Source: Candidatus Marinacidobacterium sp. | GTDB taxonomy: Bacteria > Acidobacteriota > Vicinamibacteria > Marinacidobacterales > Marinacidobacteraceae | Direction of reading: 5' to 3' | Assembly (NCBI GenBank): GCA_965204755.1 | Contig: OZ242011.1 | Location: forward strand, 3,712,001 to 3,776,000 | Length of the DNA: 64,000 bases | Shown: positions 29,828-39,404 of the stretch, piece by piece | How the letters are laid out: every line of letters begins with the position of its first letter | Numbering within the stretch: the stretch's first letter is position 1 | Notes under the pieces: model-generated | What the model was told of the DNA's origin: nothing | Database searches by the model: none | The model's input: the letters and a program-made list of their open reading frames with translations, nothing else | Position numbers and translations under genes: made by a program

Positions 29828-32800
29828 TCAGGTTCCGTCCGGGCGGCGGGCGCGGGGTCGGCCCTTCGGTCTCTCGCGCCCGCGGGGGCGGGCGCCGGCG
29901 GGGGGCGGCGCCGGCGCCGCGGCGATCAGTCGGCCGGTGACTTCCTCGATCCGGGTCAGGGTTTCGACCGCCGGAGGCGCGAGGGCGAAGCCCGCGGCGC
30001 GGGCGCGCTCCCGGAGGACCGCCGCTTCGCGCGCGGCTTCCCGGGCCGGGGCGTCGCGGTCGGCGGCGCGCCCCGCGCCCAAGCGGCGCTGGAGGATTTC
30101 GGCCGCGGATTCCGCGCCCGCGTTCGCGTCCCGTTCGCCGGCCAACTCCTCCACCGCGGAAAGGAGCCCGGCCAGCCGGGAGGCGACCAGGGACTGGTCG
30201 AAACGGGTCCCGGCGAAGGCGTCCGGAGCGGCCTCGTACGCCTCGCCCAGGCACTCCGCGAGTCGGCGCTCCGCCTTCTCCTCCTGCGGGCCGGGGCGAA
30301 GTCCGGGGGTCGGCTTCCGGCGGCGGCGGTGCTCGGTCCAGAGTTTCTCCGCCGCCGCCGGGCGCTCGGCGGGGGGGAGCGTCGCCGTCTCTTCCACGCG
30401 GGCCAGGAGGTCGGCTGCGTCCGGCGGGTCCTCGGCCGTCCGGGACGCCTCGTCCCGGGCTCGGCGGCGGCGGTCGCGGGCGTCGTCGCAGGCGGTACGG
30501 AATTCGTCCCAGAGCCGGTCACTCGCGCTCCGTGGGACCGGGGGGGCCTCCTTCCATTCCGTCATCAGCGCGCGAACGCCGGAATGGACCGCTTTTTCGT
30601 CCGTTTCTTCGAGGAGGGCCTTCGCCCGGGCGATCAGCGCCTCCCGCGCGGCGATGTTGGCCGCGAACTCCTGGCGGCGTTGCTTCCGGATCTCGCCGAT
30701 GGCGTCGAAGTAGCGCCGGTTGGCCGCCCGGAACCGCTTCCAGACCTTCTCGGACTTCTTCCGGCCGAGGCCTCGGGCGTTTTCGCGCCACTCGTCCATG
30801 AGGGCGGCCATCTCCGAACTCCGCTTCGGGTCCTCGCCGCCTCCGATCTCCTCGGCGCGTTCCGCCAGTCGGCCCAGCGCCTCGAGTTGTTCGGCGGCCC
30901 GCTTCTCGGCGGCCTCCCGGAGCGGCGCCACCCGCTCGAGCAGCCGCGCGCGGAGGACCGTCCACTCTTCCCAGAGCGCCTGCCCGCGGTCCCGCTCGGT
31001 GTGCCGGACCTCGCGCCACTGTTTCTCGAGTTTCCCGAGTTCGCGGTCGAGCGCGCGCGGGTCCTCGATGGACTCGACTTCCCGGGCGCGGCGGATCAAC
31101 TCCTCCTGTTCGGCGAGGTTCGACCACCTCTTCCACTCCCGGAGTTCGCGCGCTTCACGCAGCCGGGGGATCAGCGCGGCCTGCAGGCGCTCGAGCCGGG
31201 CCCTTCGCTCCGCGCCCAGCGCCCGCCAGTCCGCCGGTCGGTTGCGGAGAGTCCCGAGTTCGCGGAGGGCGGCCTCCGCCTCGGGAAGGGAAAGGGTCTT
31301 CGCGCCTTCGAGTTCGGTCAGCCGCCGTTCGAGTCCGGAGAGTCGAGCCCGGCGGTCCTCGACCTGCTTGCGAGAAACGCGTTCGCGGGCTTCCAGGCGG
31401 TCTTCGATGGCGGACGCCGCGCGGCGGAAACGCGCGGCGTCTTCGGAGTCCGCGGAAGGGCGGACCGGAGCGGGCCGTCCGCCCTCCCCCGGTTCGTCCG
31501 GCGGGCCGCCCGCGTCTCCGGGCGGCGGCGGCAGGTCGGGTTCCGGCGCGGATTCCGCGGCCCCGGCGGCCGCCTCCGGCCGCGCGGACTCCTCGGCGTC
31601 GGGCGGCGCTTCGGTCGCGGCCGGCTCTTCGGTCGCGGCCGGCTCTTCGGTCGCGGCCGGTTCTTCGGTCCCGGTCGGCTCTTCGGAGGCCGGGGTGTCC
31701 GTCGAGGTCGCCTCCTCGGCCGTGCCCGATTTCTCGGACGGGGGCGGCCCTCCCGCCGGTTCGGCGCCGCGGGTCAAGGCGGCGAACCGGCGGTTCAGCC
31801 GCGCGAGTTCGCGCCGGGCTCCTTCGGGGCGCTCGGCGTCCGGACGCTCGGTCAGGCTCTTGAGGAACGACTCCGCCTGGTCCGCGATCTCCGCGAGCGC
31901 GAAGGCGGCCTCGCGCTCCTTCTTCCGGGAAAACGCGCGTTCCCGCGCCGCGCGCGCCGCCGCCTTCCATTCCTCCCGAACCGGAGCGTCTTCGGCGATC
32001 CCCTCGAGGAGGGTTCGGGCTTCCCGCTCCGCGGTCCGCACCTCGGCGACGGACAGGGCGTCCGGTTCGTCCCGGACCCGTTCGAGGAGGGTGAGGAATT
32101 CGGGGGGCGGCGGGCGGACGGGTTCCTTCTGGGGCGGCGGCGCCGGCTTCGGCTCGGGTTCGTCGGGGATCAGGATTTCCGCCCGCGGCGAGTCCGCGAC
32201 TGCCCCGGAGGCCTCCGTGAGACGGGCTCGAATCCCTTCGAGACGGGCCGCGATCGCTTCGCCCACGGGGCCGGAAGCGGCCAGCGCCTCCGCTTCCCGG
32301 AGCCTCTCGGTCATTTCGCGGCCGTCGCCGGCCGCCGCCTCGAGTTCGTCGAGGGCCGCGGAGAGATCCGCCTCCCGGCGCCGGATGCGCTCCGGGTGCT
32401 CCGGGGGCAGGAGATCCTCGGCGCGCCGCGCCGCCGAGCGGCGAACGCTCCGGGAGCCCGCCCGCTCCGCGACCGAGAGGAGCAGGTCGGCGTCCTCGAT
32501 CCGGCGGACCGCGGCGAGCGCGGTGTCCCGGTGAGTCCCGGAGAGGGCTACGCGGGCGAGGCCGTCCGGGGTGGCCACCGCGCCGAGCGCGCGCGCCCGC
32601 AGCGCGGGGTCTTCGGCCTTCCCCGCCACGAGCGCCAGCGCCTCGGACCGCTCCGCGGCGCCGCTCTCCCCGGCGCCGGCCGCCGGCGGGGGCTCTTCGG
32701 GCGCCTCGGCGCCGTTCGCTCCGCCGGGCGACCCGGCCAGTCGGTCGAACGCTTCGGCCCGTACTTCGGCGAAGCGCGCCCGGAGGACGACTTCCGCGAC

Positions 32801-33127
32801 GCCCCGCAGCGGGACGAGCAGCGCCAGCGCCCGCCGCGACTCGGCCAGGTCGCGGTCGTCGGCGGCGATCTTGACCAGCAGCGACTCGGCGCGGGCGCGG
32901 GCCAGGTCCCGCGTCCGGTCGTCCTCCGCCGCTTGGGCGATCGCGAGCAGCGACCTCGGCGACTCGATCCGCCGCACGGCTTCCCGGCGCACCCGCGGAT
33001 CCGGGTCGGTGCGGGCGAGACGCTCCAGCGGGGCCAGGTCCAAAGGCGGGTGCTTTTGCACCGCCCGGATCCGCGCGGTCGCGTCCCGGCTCCTCAGCGG
33101 GGAGGAGAGCCGGTCGAGGACGGACAT
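29828..33127 (-). CDS. DUF349 domain-containing large helical protein
   Basis: ATG 33127 (MSVLDRLSSPLRSRD); N-terminal HEAT-like repeats; repeated W...LW..F...YF units (SEKVWKRFRAANRRYF, SDRLWDEFRTACD). Confidence 0.8.
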   Translation of the reverse strand: MSVLDRLSSPLRSRDATARIRAVQKHPPLDLAPLERLARTDPDPRVRREAVRRIESPRSLLAIAQAAEDDRTRDLARARAESLLVKIAADDRDLAESRRALALLVPLRGVAEVVLRARFAEVRAEAFDRLAGSPGGANGAEAPEEPPPAAGAGESGAAERSEALALVAGKAEDPALRARALGAVATPDGLARVALSGTHRDTALAAVRRIEDADLLLSVAERAGSRSVRRSAARRAEDLLPPEHPERIRRREADLSAALDELEAAAGDGREMTERLREAEALAASGPVGEAIAARLEGIRARLTEASGAVADSPRAEILIPDEPEPKPAPPPQKEPVRPPPPEFLTLLERVRDEPDALSVAEVRTAEREARTLLEGIAEDAPVREEWKAAARAARERAFSRKKEREAAFALAEIADQAESFLKSLTERPDAERPEGARRELARLNRRFAALTRGAEPAGGPPPSEKSGTAEEATSTDTPASEEPTGTEEPAATEEPAATEEPAATEAPPDAEESARPEAAAGAAESAPEPDLPPPPGDAGGPPDEPGEGGRPAPVRPSADSEDAARFRRAASAIEDRLEARERVSRKQVEDRRARLSGLERRLTELEGAKTLSLPEAEAALRELGTLRNRPADWRALGAERRARLERLQAALIPRLREARELREWKRWSNLAEQEELIRRAREVESIEDPRALDRELGKLEKQWREVRHTERDRGQALWEEWTVLRARLLERVAPLREAAEKRAAEQLEALGRLAERAEEIGGGEDPKRSSEMAALMDEWRENARGLGRKKSEKVWKRFRAANRRYFDAIGEIRKQRRQEFAANIAAREALIARAKALLEETDEKAVHSGVRALMTEWKEAPPVPRSASDRLWDEFRTACDDARDRRRRARDEASRTAEDPPDAADLLARVEETATLPPAERPAAAEKLWTEHRRRRKPTPGLRPGPQEEKAERRLAECLGEAYEAAPDAFAGTRFDQSLVASRLAGLLSAVEELAGERDANAGAESAAEILQRRLGAGRAADRDAPAREAAREAAVLRERARAAGFALAPPAVETLTRIEEVTGRLIAAAPAPPPAGARPRGRERPKGRPRARRPDGT
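31609..31686. repeat. 18-bp coding tandem repeat (TEEPAA x3-4)
   Basis: TTCGGTCGCGGCCGGCTC unit repeated in the low-complexity linker of the DUF349 gene. Confidence 0.8.
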
Positions 33128-33274
33128 GGATGCGTCGGCGCGGAGCGGTTCGACAGGCCTGTCGGGTGGGGTGGCGGCGAGAATATAGCCTTCGCGCACC
33201 CGTCGGGGAGGCCGGGGGCCGGACTTCGGCACGCCGCGGCGCCGGCGGTTCTCCGCGCCGCCGACTCGCTTCCC

Positions 33275-34552
33275 TTGACGCTCTCCCCTTCGGGCCCGTA
33301 CGCCGGCCGGCCGCCCGGTCCGGCGCCGGGGTCCGTCGGGCTGTTCCACGGGTTCGCCCTCGGATCGGTCCTGGGGCTCGGCCTGCTGGACCAGCAGGTG
33401 GTCACGCCGCTCATCGCGGCTCTCGCCATGGGTCTCGGCGCCTCCGTTCCTGAAGTGGGGTTCGCGATCTCGGCGTACGCGGTGTTCGCCTCCGGCTCGG
33501 CCCTGTTCGCCGGGCCGCTCTCGGATCGCCGGGGGCGGCGTCCGTTCCTGCTGGCGGCGGCGGCGCTGATGCTGGGCGCGTCGCTCCTCACGGCGCTCTC
33601 CGCGCATTACGGCGCCTTCGTCGCGGCGCGAGCCGCTGCCGGGGTGGCCGGGGGCGCCATCGCGGCCATCGCCGTGGCGTGGGTGGCGGACCGCGTGCCC
33701 TATGCGCGGCGGGGGCGGGTCATGGCCGTGCTCGTCGGCGGCGGGATGGGAGCGGCGGCGCTCGGACAGGTGGGGGCCGCGTTCGCCGCCGGACGATTCG
33801 GGCACCGCGCCGTGTACCTCGGTCTGGCGCTCTTCTCGGGCCTGGTGTTCCTCCTGCTCGCCGCGCTGCGGGAGGACGCCGCGCCGCGGAGGGAGACGCC
33901 CGCGGGCCGCGAGCCGGCGGCGGACGCCGGCGACGCGGCATCCCCGGAGGGCGTGGCCGGTTGGCTGCGCGGCTATGCCGACTTCGCCGGGAGCGCCCCC
34001 CACCGGACGACCGCGCTGGCGGCGTTCTGCCTCTCCGGCAGTTTGGTGGGGGTCACGGCGTACGCCTCCGGCTGGCTCCAGGAAGCGCGCGGGTTCTCGC
34101 TCGAGGAAGTGGGACTGATCTACGGGGCCTTCGGGTTGGCCATCCTGGTCGTCCAGCCGCTCGCCGGGCCGCTCTCCGACCGTTTCGGGAAGCGGCGGTT
34201 CGGCGTGGCGGCGTCGGTCGCCGCGGCGCTGGTGACGCTCGCGCTCCCCGCGCTGCGCGGACCGGCGCTCGTCGCCGCGCTCGTCCTGTTCGGCTGTCTC
34301 GCGGTCTCCCGGGTGGCGGCGTTCGCGGCGCTCCGGAGCGAACTCGTCCGTCCTTCGCGCCGCGCCGCTTTCCTCGCCTTCTCCAACACCTCCTCCCAAC
34401 TGGGGATCGCGGCGGCGGCCGCGCTGGGCGGGGTCTTCTACCGGTCGGGGTTTTCGGCGGTCTGCTGGGCGATGGCCGGCTTCGGCGGCCTCGCCGCGCT
34501 CCTCATCGCGCGGATTCCGGAGCCGGGCGCCGCGGCGGACTCGGCGCCGTGA
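33275..34552 (+). CDS. MFS transporter
   Basis: About 12 hydrophobic segments; motif A twice (GPLSDRRGRR, GPLSDRFGKR). TTG start tentative. Confidence 0.88.
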   Translation: MTLSPSGPYAGRPPGPAPGSVGLFHGFALGSVLGLGLLDQQVVTPLIAALAMGLGASVPEVGFAISAYAVFASGSALFAGPLSDRRGRRPFLLAAAALMLGASLLTALSAHYGAFVAARAAAGVAGGAIAAIAVAWVADRVPYARRGRVMAVLVGGGMGAAALGQVGAAFAAGRFGHRAVYLGLALFSGLVFLLLAALREDAAPRRETPAGREPAADAGDAASPEGVAGWLRGYADFAGSAPHRTTALAAFCLSGSLVGVTAYASGWLQEARGFSLEEVGLIYGAFGLAILVVQPLAGPLSDRFGKRRFGVAASVAAALVTLALPALRGPALVAALVLFGCLAVSRVAAFAALRSELVRPSRRAAFLAFSNTSSQLGIAAAAALGGVFYRSGFSAVCWAMAGFGGLAALLIARIPEPGAAADSAP

Positions 34553-35877
34553 CCTCGAGGCCCGGCCGCGCCCGGCTGCGGCGAAGGTTGCTGCGCGCGG
34601 GGTTGGCGCTCCTCGCGGCTTTCGTCCTGCTCGCCCTTTCCGTACCGGTCGCGATCGGCGCCTTCCTCACCACGCAGGCCCGCACCCGGCCCCAGGACCT
34701 GGAACTCCGCTCGACGCCCATGGACTACGGCCTCTCGTTCCGCACCGTGGCGCTTCGCGCGGCGGACGGCGCCGCGATCTCCGCCTGGATGATCCGACCC
34801 GCAGGGAGCGCGCCCGGCCGCGGCTGCGCGGCGGTTCTCGCGCACGGCCTCTTCCGCTCGCGGCGGGAAGTCCTGCCGCGGGCGGCGTGGCTCGCCCGGA
34901 GCGGGTGCGCCGTCGTCACTCCGGACTTGAGGAGCCACGGCCGGAGCGCCCGCTCGCGCAGCACCCTCGGCTTCACCGAGCGGCTCGATGTGCTGGCCGC
35001 CGCCGAGTTCCTGCGGCGGGAGTTCCCGGACCGTCCGTTGTTCCTGCTCGGCGTCTCCATGGGCGGCGCCGCGGCCGCCGGCGCCGCCGTGGCCGCCGCT
35101 ACGCCTCCGGCGGGCGTCGTCCTCGACAGCACCTTCAAGAGCGCGCGGACCGCGGTGGCCCGCTACACCACCCTGCTGACCAGCCTGCCGGAGCGGGGAA
35201 CGACGGACCTGGTCCTGCTCGGGATGCGGCTCTTCGGCGGGTTCCGGCCCCGGGCGATGGATGTAGAAGCGCTTTCGCGCTCGCTCGGGGAGCGGGGTGT
35301 CCCGATCCTGCTGCTCGCCGGCGGCCGCGACCGACGGGCGCCGCCCGACGACCAACGGGCGGTGTTCGAGGCGAACGGTCTGCCGGCAAGCCGTTTCCTC
35401 ACCGTGCCGGAGGCGACGCACGGCCGGCCCTGCCTCTCGGCGCCGGAGGCCTGCGAAGCGGCGATCGCGGAGTTCTTCGGCCTTTCGCCGGCGGGATCGC
35501 CCGCCGCCGAGCCCGGCGGGTCCCGACCGGCGCCGCCATCTTTCGCGGGGAGGGGGCCATCCCCTCCCGGCGCCCCTCCCCGGTCGGCGCATCGCGCCGA
35601 CGGGGGCTCCCCGGCCTTTCTCCACGGGCTGCTGACAGCCCGTGGAAAAAGCGCCCCGCCGTCCACTCCTCGACGCGAGGGCGCCAAGTCCGCGTTCGGT
35701 TTCGCGGCGGGGCGCTCTTCCCACGGGCGGGCGGCGCGAATCGCTGCGCGATTCCCCCCGCCATCTATCGCGGGGAGGGGGCCACCCCCTCCCCGCACCC
35801 CTCCCCGGTCGGCGCTTCGCGCCGACGGGGGCTCCCCGGACTTTCTCCACGGGCTGCTGTCGGGAGGCCCGGCGTGA
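34549..35877 (+). CDS. Alpha/beta hydrolase with N-terminal membrane anchor and repeat-derived C-terminal extension
   Basis: GTGA overlap; LAHG, PDLRSHGRS, GVSMGG nucleophile, GGRDRR, EATHG; frame stays open through the MITE-like repeats to TGA 35877. Confidence 0.82.
   Translation: MTSRPGRARLRRRLLRAGLALLAAFVLLALSVPVAIGAFLTTQARTRPQDLELRSTPMDYGLSFRTVALRAADGAAISAWMIRPAGSAPGRGCAAVLAHGLFRSRREVLPRAAWLARSGCAVVTPDLRSHGRSARSRSTLGFTERLDVLAAAEFLRREFPDRPLFLLGVSMGGAAAAGAAVAAATPPAGVVLDSTFKSARTAVARYTTLLTSLPERGTTDLVLLGMRLFGGFRPRAMDVEALSRSLGERGVPILLLAGGRDRRAPPDDQRAVFEANGLPASRFLTVPEATHGRPCLSAPEACEAAIAEFFGLSPAGSPAAEPGGSRPAPPSFAGRGPSPPGAPPRSAHRADGGSPAFLHGLLTARGKSAPPSTPRREGAKSAFGFAAGRSSHGRAARIAARFPPPSIAGRGPPPPRTPPRSALRADGGSPDFLHGLLSGGPA
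35533..35634 (+). repeat. Partial MITE-like copy (right arm, 102 bp)
   Basis: Near-identical to 35758-35859; ends in CTTTCTCCACGGGCTG-CTG. Confidence 0.85.
35636..35856. mobile_element. MITE-like non-autonomous element (221 bp) with 16-bp terminal inverted repeats
   Basis: Left end CAGCCCGTGGAAAAAG (35636-35651), right end CTTTCTCCACGGGCTG (35841-35856), 15/16 complementary; flanks CTGA/CTGT; internal hairpin GTCGGCG-CTTCG-CGCCGAC; no transposase. Confidence 0.7.
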
Positions 35878-36407
35878 CCCTCGCGAACCAACTCACCGTG
35901 CTGCGGCTGTTGCTGGCCCCGGTGGTGGTGATCTGCATCGTGTACGCCGAGTTCTGGTGGGCGATCGCCAGTCTGCTCGCCGCCGGGGTCACCGACGCGG
36001 TGGACGGGGCGATCGCCCGGCGCCGGCAGGAGGCGGGCGAACTCGGCGCGTTGCTCGACCCGCTGGCGGACAAGATCCTGATCGCTTCCGCCGTGGTGGC
36101 TCTCGCCGTGCCGGTCGAAGGCCTGACCGTGAGGATTCCGGCTTGGGTGGCGATCCTGATGCTCGCCCGGGACGCCACGATCCTGATCGTGGCTACCGCC
36201 TACAACCTGGCGGTGAAGCGGCGCCAGTTCCCGCCCAGCCGGCTGGGGAAGGCGACCACCGCGGTGCATGTGGTCGGGATCCTCTGGATCCTGGCGATGA
36301 ACGCGCTCGCGCTCGACCACTTCCTGACCGAGGCGCTGCTGGCGGCGATGGTGGCCCTGACGGCGCTCACTTCGCTCCAGTACCTCTGGCGGGCCCGCTC
36401 GCTCTGA
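35874..36407 (+). CDS. CDP-alcohol phosphatidyltransferase (PgsA-like)
   Basis: ANQLTVLRL, TDAVDGAIARR...GALLDPLADK signature, GKATT. Confidence 0.9.
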   Translation: MTLANQLTVLRLLLAPVVVICIVYAEFWWAIASLLAAGVTDAVDGAIARRRQEAGELGALLDPLADKILIASAVVALAVPVEGLTVRIPAWVAILMLARDATILIVATAYNLAVKRRQFPPSRLGKATTAVHVVGILWILAMNALALDHFLTEALLAAMVALTALTSLQYLWRARSL

Positions 36408-38367
36408 GCCGCCGGCGGACGAGGCCGCGGACTTGGGGGGCGAGGGCGGGGATCAGGATGGCCGCTCCGAGCAGCCGGAGCAGCGGGTCGGGCTGGAAGG
36501 AGAGGGCCGCGCCCCCGGCGAGCAGGAGCCGGGTGGAGGGCCCGCAGGGGCGGAGGCCGTGCCCGAAGAGCGCGAGCGACGAGGCCGCGATGGCCAGGAA
36601 AGCGCCGCCGAAGGCGAGCAACTGGGACCACCCGACCGGTTCCCCGGGCGCCGGGAGCAGCGGGGTGTAGGCCATCAGCAGGGGCGCGAGGAACAACCCG
36701 AGCGAGAGCCGGACCGCCTCCACGGCGGTGCGCATCGGGCGTCCGCCGGCGACTCCCGCCCCGGCGAAGGCGGCGAGCGCCACCGGAGGGGTCACATTGG
36801 AGGACTGCGACAGGTAGAAGAGGATCAGGTGCGCCGTGAGGACCGGCAGGCCGAGGTCGGTGAGCGCCGGCGCGGCGACCACCGCGACGACGATGTAGGC
36901 GGCGGTCACCGGGAGCCCCATCCCGAGGACGAGCGCGGCCGCCGCGGACAGGCCTAGCGCGGGGAGCAGCGCTCCTCCCGCCGCGCCGAGGAGGATCTCG
37001 GCGAACTGGAGCCCCACCCCGGTCTGGCCGATGACGCCGACCACCAGGCCGGCGGCCGCGCAGGCCAGGGACACCGGGACCGCGGTCACCGCGCCGCGCG
37101 CCAGCCCCTCGAGCAGCCGGCGCGGGGAGGGTCGGCGCCCCCGGCGCGCGAGGCTCGCCGCCACCACGGCGGCGCAGCCGGCCGCGCCCACCAGCGGCGG
37201 GGAGTAGTCGAGCAGCAGCAGGCCGGCGACGACCGCCACCACCGCGAGGAAGTGGGCGCCGTCGAGCAGGGTGGGGAGGAGGCGCGGCCGGTCCGGCATC
37301 GCCTCGATCCCGCGCCGGACCGCCAGGCCGTGCACGAACAGGAGCGTGGCGGCGAAGAACAGGAAGGCGGGGAACACCGACACGAGCACGATGCGCGAGT
37401 AGGGGGTGTTCGTGAGTTCCGCCATCAGGAACGCGCCGGCGCCCATGATCGGCGGCATCAACTGCCCTCCGGTGGAGGCCGCGGCCTCGATCCCTCCCGC
37501 CTCCTCGCGGGAGTACCCGAGCCGCTTCATCATCGGGATGGTGAGCGCGCCGGTGGTCACGGTGTTGGCGATGGCGGAGCCGGAAACGGAGCCGAGGGCG
37601 GCGGAAGCTACGACCGCCGCCTTGGCCGGGCCGCCCCGCGCCCGGCCGGCGGCGGCGAACGCGAGCGAGATGAAGAACCGCCCGCCGCCGGTGGCTTCGA
37701 GCAGGGCGCCGAACAGGACGAAGACGAACACCGTGCTGCTGGCCACCCCGAGCGGCAGCCCGAAGAGGCCGGCGCCGGTGAAGACTTCGAAGCGGAGGAT
37801 CCGCTCCAACTCGAATCCCCGGTGGGCGAGCGGGCCCGGCAGGGAGGCGCCGAACGCGTTGTAGGCGAGGAAGACCAGGACCAGCGCCGTCAGCACCGCG
37901 CCTACGCGCCGCCGCGCGGCCTCGAGGAGCAGGAGGACGAGGGCCGCGCCGGCGGCGAAGTCGGCGGGGGCGAGCCCTTCCAGGATGTGCGAGACCCCTT
38001 GGCGGTCGAACCCGATGACCGCCGCCCCGGCGGCGAGCGACCCGGCGGCGAGCGCCAGGTCGCGGACGGCGGCGGGACTCGGCCGGCCGAGGCCGCGGCG
38101 GCAGGCGTCGCCGAGGAACGCGAGGACCAGGATCCAGGTGAGGTGGATCGGACGCAGCCAGACCGCGTCCACCGACCCGAACGCGCTCTGCCACAGTTGG
38201 AAGAGGGACAGGGCGCCGCCGAGCAGGAGGAGCGGCAGCGGAAGTCCCGCCGGGCGCTCCGGTTCGAGCAGCCCGGCTCCGGCTTCCGCCCGGGGTGGCG
38301 GGGCGGCGTCCTTGGACGCCTCGGACGCCTCCGGCGCCTCCGGGCCGCCTTTCCCGGGATCGCCCAT
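36367..38367 (-). CDS. TRAP transporter fused permease, TAXI type
   Basis: GGPAKAAVVAS, GSVSGSAIAN, TIPMMK, ASTGGQLMPPIMGAGAF, GMGLP, VTPPVALAAF; 3' end overlaps the convergent pgsA-like gene by 41 bp. Confidence 0.92.
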   Translation of the reverse strand: MGDPGKGGPEAPEASEASKDAAPPPRAEAGAGLLEPERPAGLPLPLLLLGGALSLFQLWQSAFGSVDAVWLRPIHLTWILVLAFLGDACRRGLGRPSPAAVRDLALAAGSLAAGAAVIGFDRQGVSHILEGLAPADFAAGAALVLLLLEAARRRVGAVLTALVLVFLAYNAFGASLPGPLAHRGFELERILRFEVFTGAGLFGLPLGVASSTVFVFVLFGALLEATGGGRFFISLAFAAAGRARGGPAKAAVVASAALGSVSGSAIANTVTTGALTIPMMKRLGYSREEAGGIEAAASTGGQLMPPIMGAGAFLMAELTNTPYSRIVLVSVFPAFLFFAATLLFVHGLAVRRGIEAMPDRPRLLPTLLDGAHFLAVVAVVAGLLLLDYSPPLVGAAGCAAVVAASLARRGRRPSPRRLLEGLARGAVTAVPVSLACAAAGLVVGVIGQTGVGLQFAEILLGAAGGALLPALGLSAAAALVLGMGLPVTAAYIVVAVVAAPALTDLGLPVLTAHLILFYLSQSSNVTPPVALAAFAGAGVAGGRPMRTAVEAVRLSLGLFLAPLLMAYTPLLPAPGEPVGWSQLLAFGGAFLAIAASSLALFGHGLRPCGPSTRLLLAGGAALSFQPDPLLRLLGAAILIPALAPQVRGLVRRRLRASGPARGTGAK

Positions 38368-39404
38368 CAGCGGCCCGGCGGGTCGGCGCCGTTCAGGGCC
38401 GGCGCGCCGCCGCCCGTCCGCCGGGCGCGTTCCTCGCGGTAGAACGCCGCCGCGCCCGGATGGAGCGGGAGTGAGCCCACGGCGTCGAGGCTGTCGAGGC
38501 GGATGAAGTCGGCGTTCCGGGTCACCGACGCGAACTCCTCCCGGCCGGCGAGCAGCGAACCGGCCAGCGCGGAGGCCGTCTCCTCGGGCAGGTCCCGATG
38601 GACGAACAACAGGTTCCACAGCGACGGGGTCAGGACTCCCGACTCCACGCCCCGATAGACCCCGGGCGGCACGACGAACCCCTGGTAGGCCGGGTTCGCC
38701 GCCTCGATGCGCGCGATCTCGTCGGCGGAGAAGGGGACGAGCACCAGGTCGCGGGTCAGGCCGAGTTCGATCACCGAGGAAACACCGAGTCCGGCGGCGA
38801 GGAAGAGCGCGTCGAGCGCGCCGTCCTTCAGGCCGTTGATGCTCTGGGTGTAGTTCATCTGCCGGATGCGGAGGTCGGACTCCGCCACTCCGGCCGCGCG
38901 CAGCAGGTTCCTCGCGGTCACTTCGTTCCCGGACCCGGGCGGCCCGACGGAGACGCGCTTGCCGGCCAGGTCCTCGACCCGGCGGACGCCGCGCCCGGCC
39001 ACGCTCAGCAGGTGGACGACATTGGGATACACCCGCCCGAGGACGGCGACGGGCAGCGGCTCGGGGAACCGGCCGGCGCCGGCTACCGCGTCGGCCACCG
39101 CGTCCGCCTGACCGATGCCGATATCGCTCTCGCCTTTCGCGACCTGGATCAGGTTCGTCACCGATCCGGCGCTGACTTCCGCCTTCACCACGACTCCGGG
39201 GAGGTCCCGCGTCCAGCGGCTGGAGATCGCGCCGCCGAGCGGGTAGTACACGCCCGCGGTGGTGCCGGTGGCGAAGGCGAGGGGGCGCGGCCGGTCGGAG
39301 GCGCAGACGGTCACCGCGGCGGCGAGCGCGATGGCGGCGAGTGCGCGGGCGAGGGCCGGCGCGGGAAACCGCCCCGGGCGGCGGCGGGCGGGAACGGCGG
39401 TCAT
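38367..39404 (-). CDS. TAXI family TRAP solute-binding protein
   Basis: ATGTTAGVYYPLGG, SAGSVTN, DLAGKRVSVGPPGSG, LPLHPGAAAFY; ATGA overlap with the mutS stop. Confidence 0.92.
   Translation of the reverse strand: MTAVPARRRPGRFPAPALARALAAIALAAAVTVCASDRPRPLAFATGTTAGVYYPLGGAISSRWTRDLPGVVVKAEVSAGSVTNLIQVAKGESDIGIGQADAVADAVAGAGRFPEPLPVAVLGRVYPNVVHLLSVAGRGVRRVEDLAGKRVSVGPPGSGNEVTARNLLRAAGVAESDLRIRQMNYTQSINGLKDGALDALFLAAGLGVSSVIELGLTRDLVLVPFSADEIARIEAANPAYQGFVVPPGVYRGVESGVLTPSLWNLLFVHRDLPEETASALAGSLLAGREEFASVTRNADFIRLDSLDAVGSLPLHPGAAAFYREERARRTGGGAPALNGADPPGR

Noticed and set aside
30329-33274. Apparent 1407-aa giant MFS fusion
   Set aside because: The upstream part is the antisense shadow of the DUF349 gene; only 33275..34552 looks like a transporter.
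35533-35859. CRISPR array or tRNA interpretation of the repeats
   Set aside because: Only two long (102-bp) arms with terminal inverted repeats; no regular repeat-spacer period, no cas genes, no cloverleaf.
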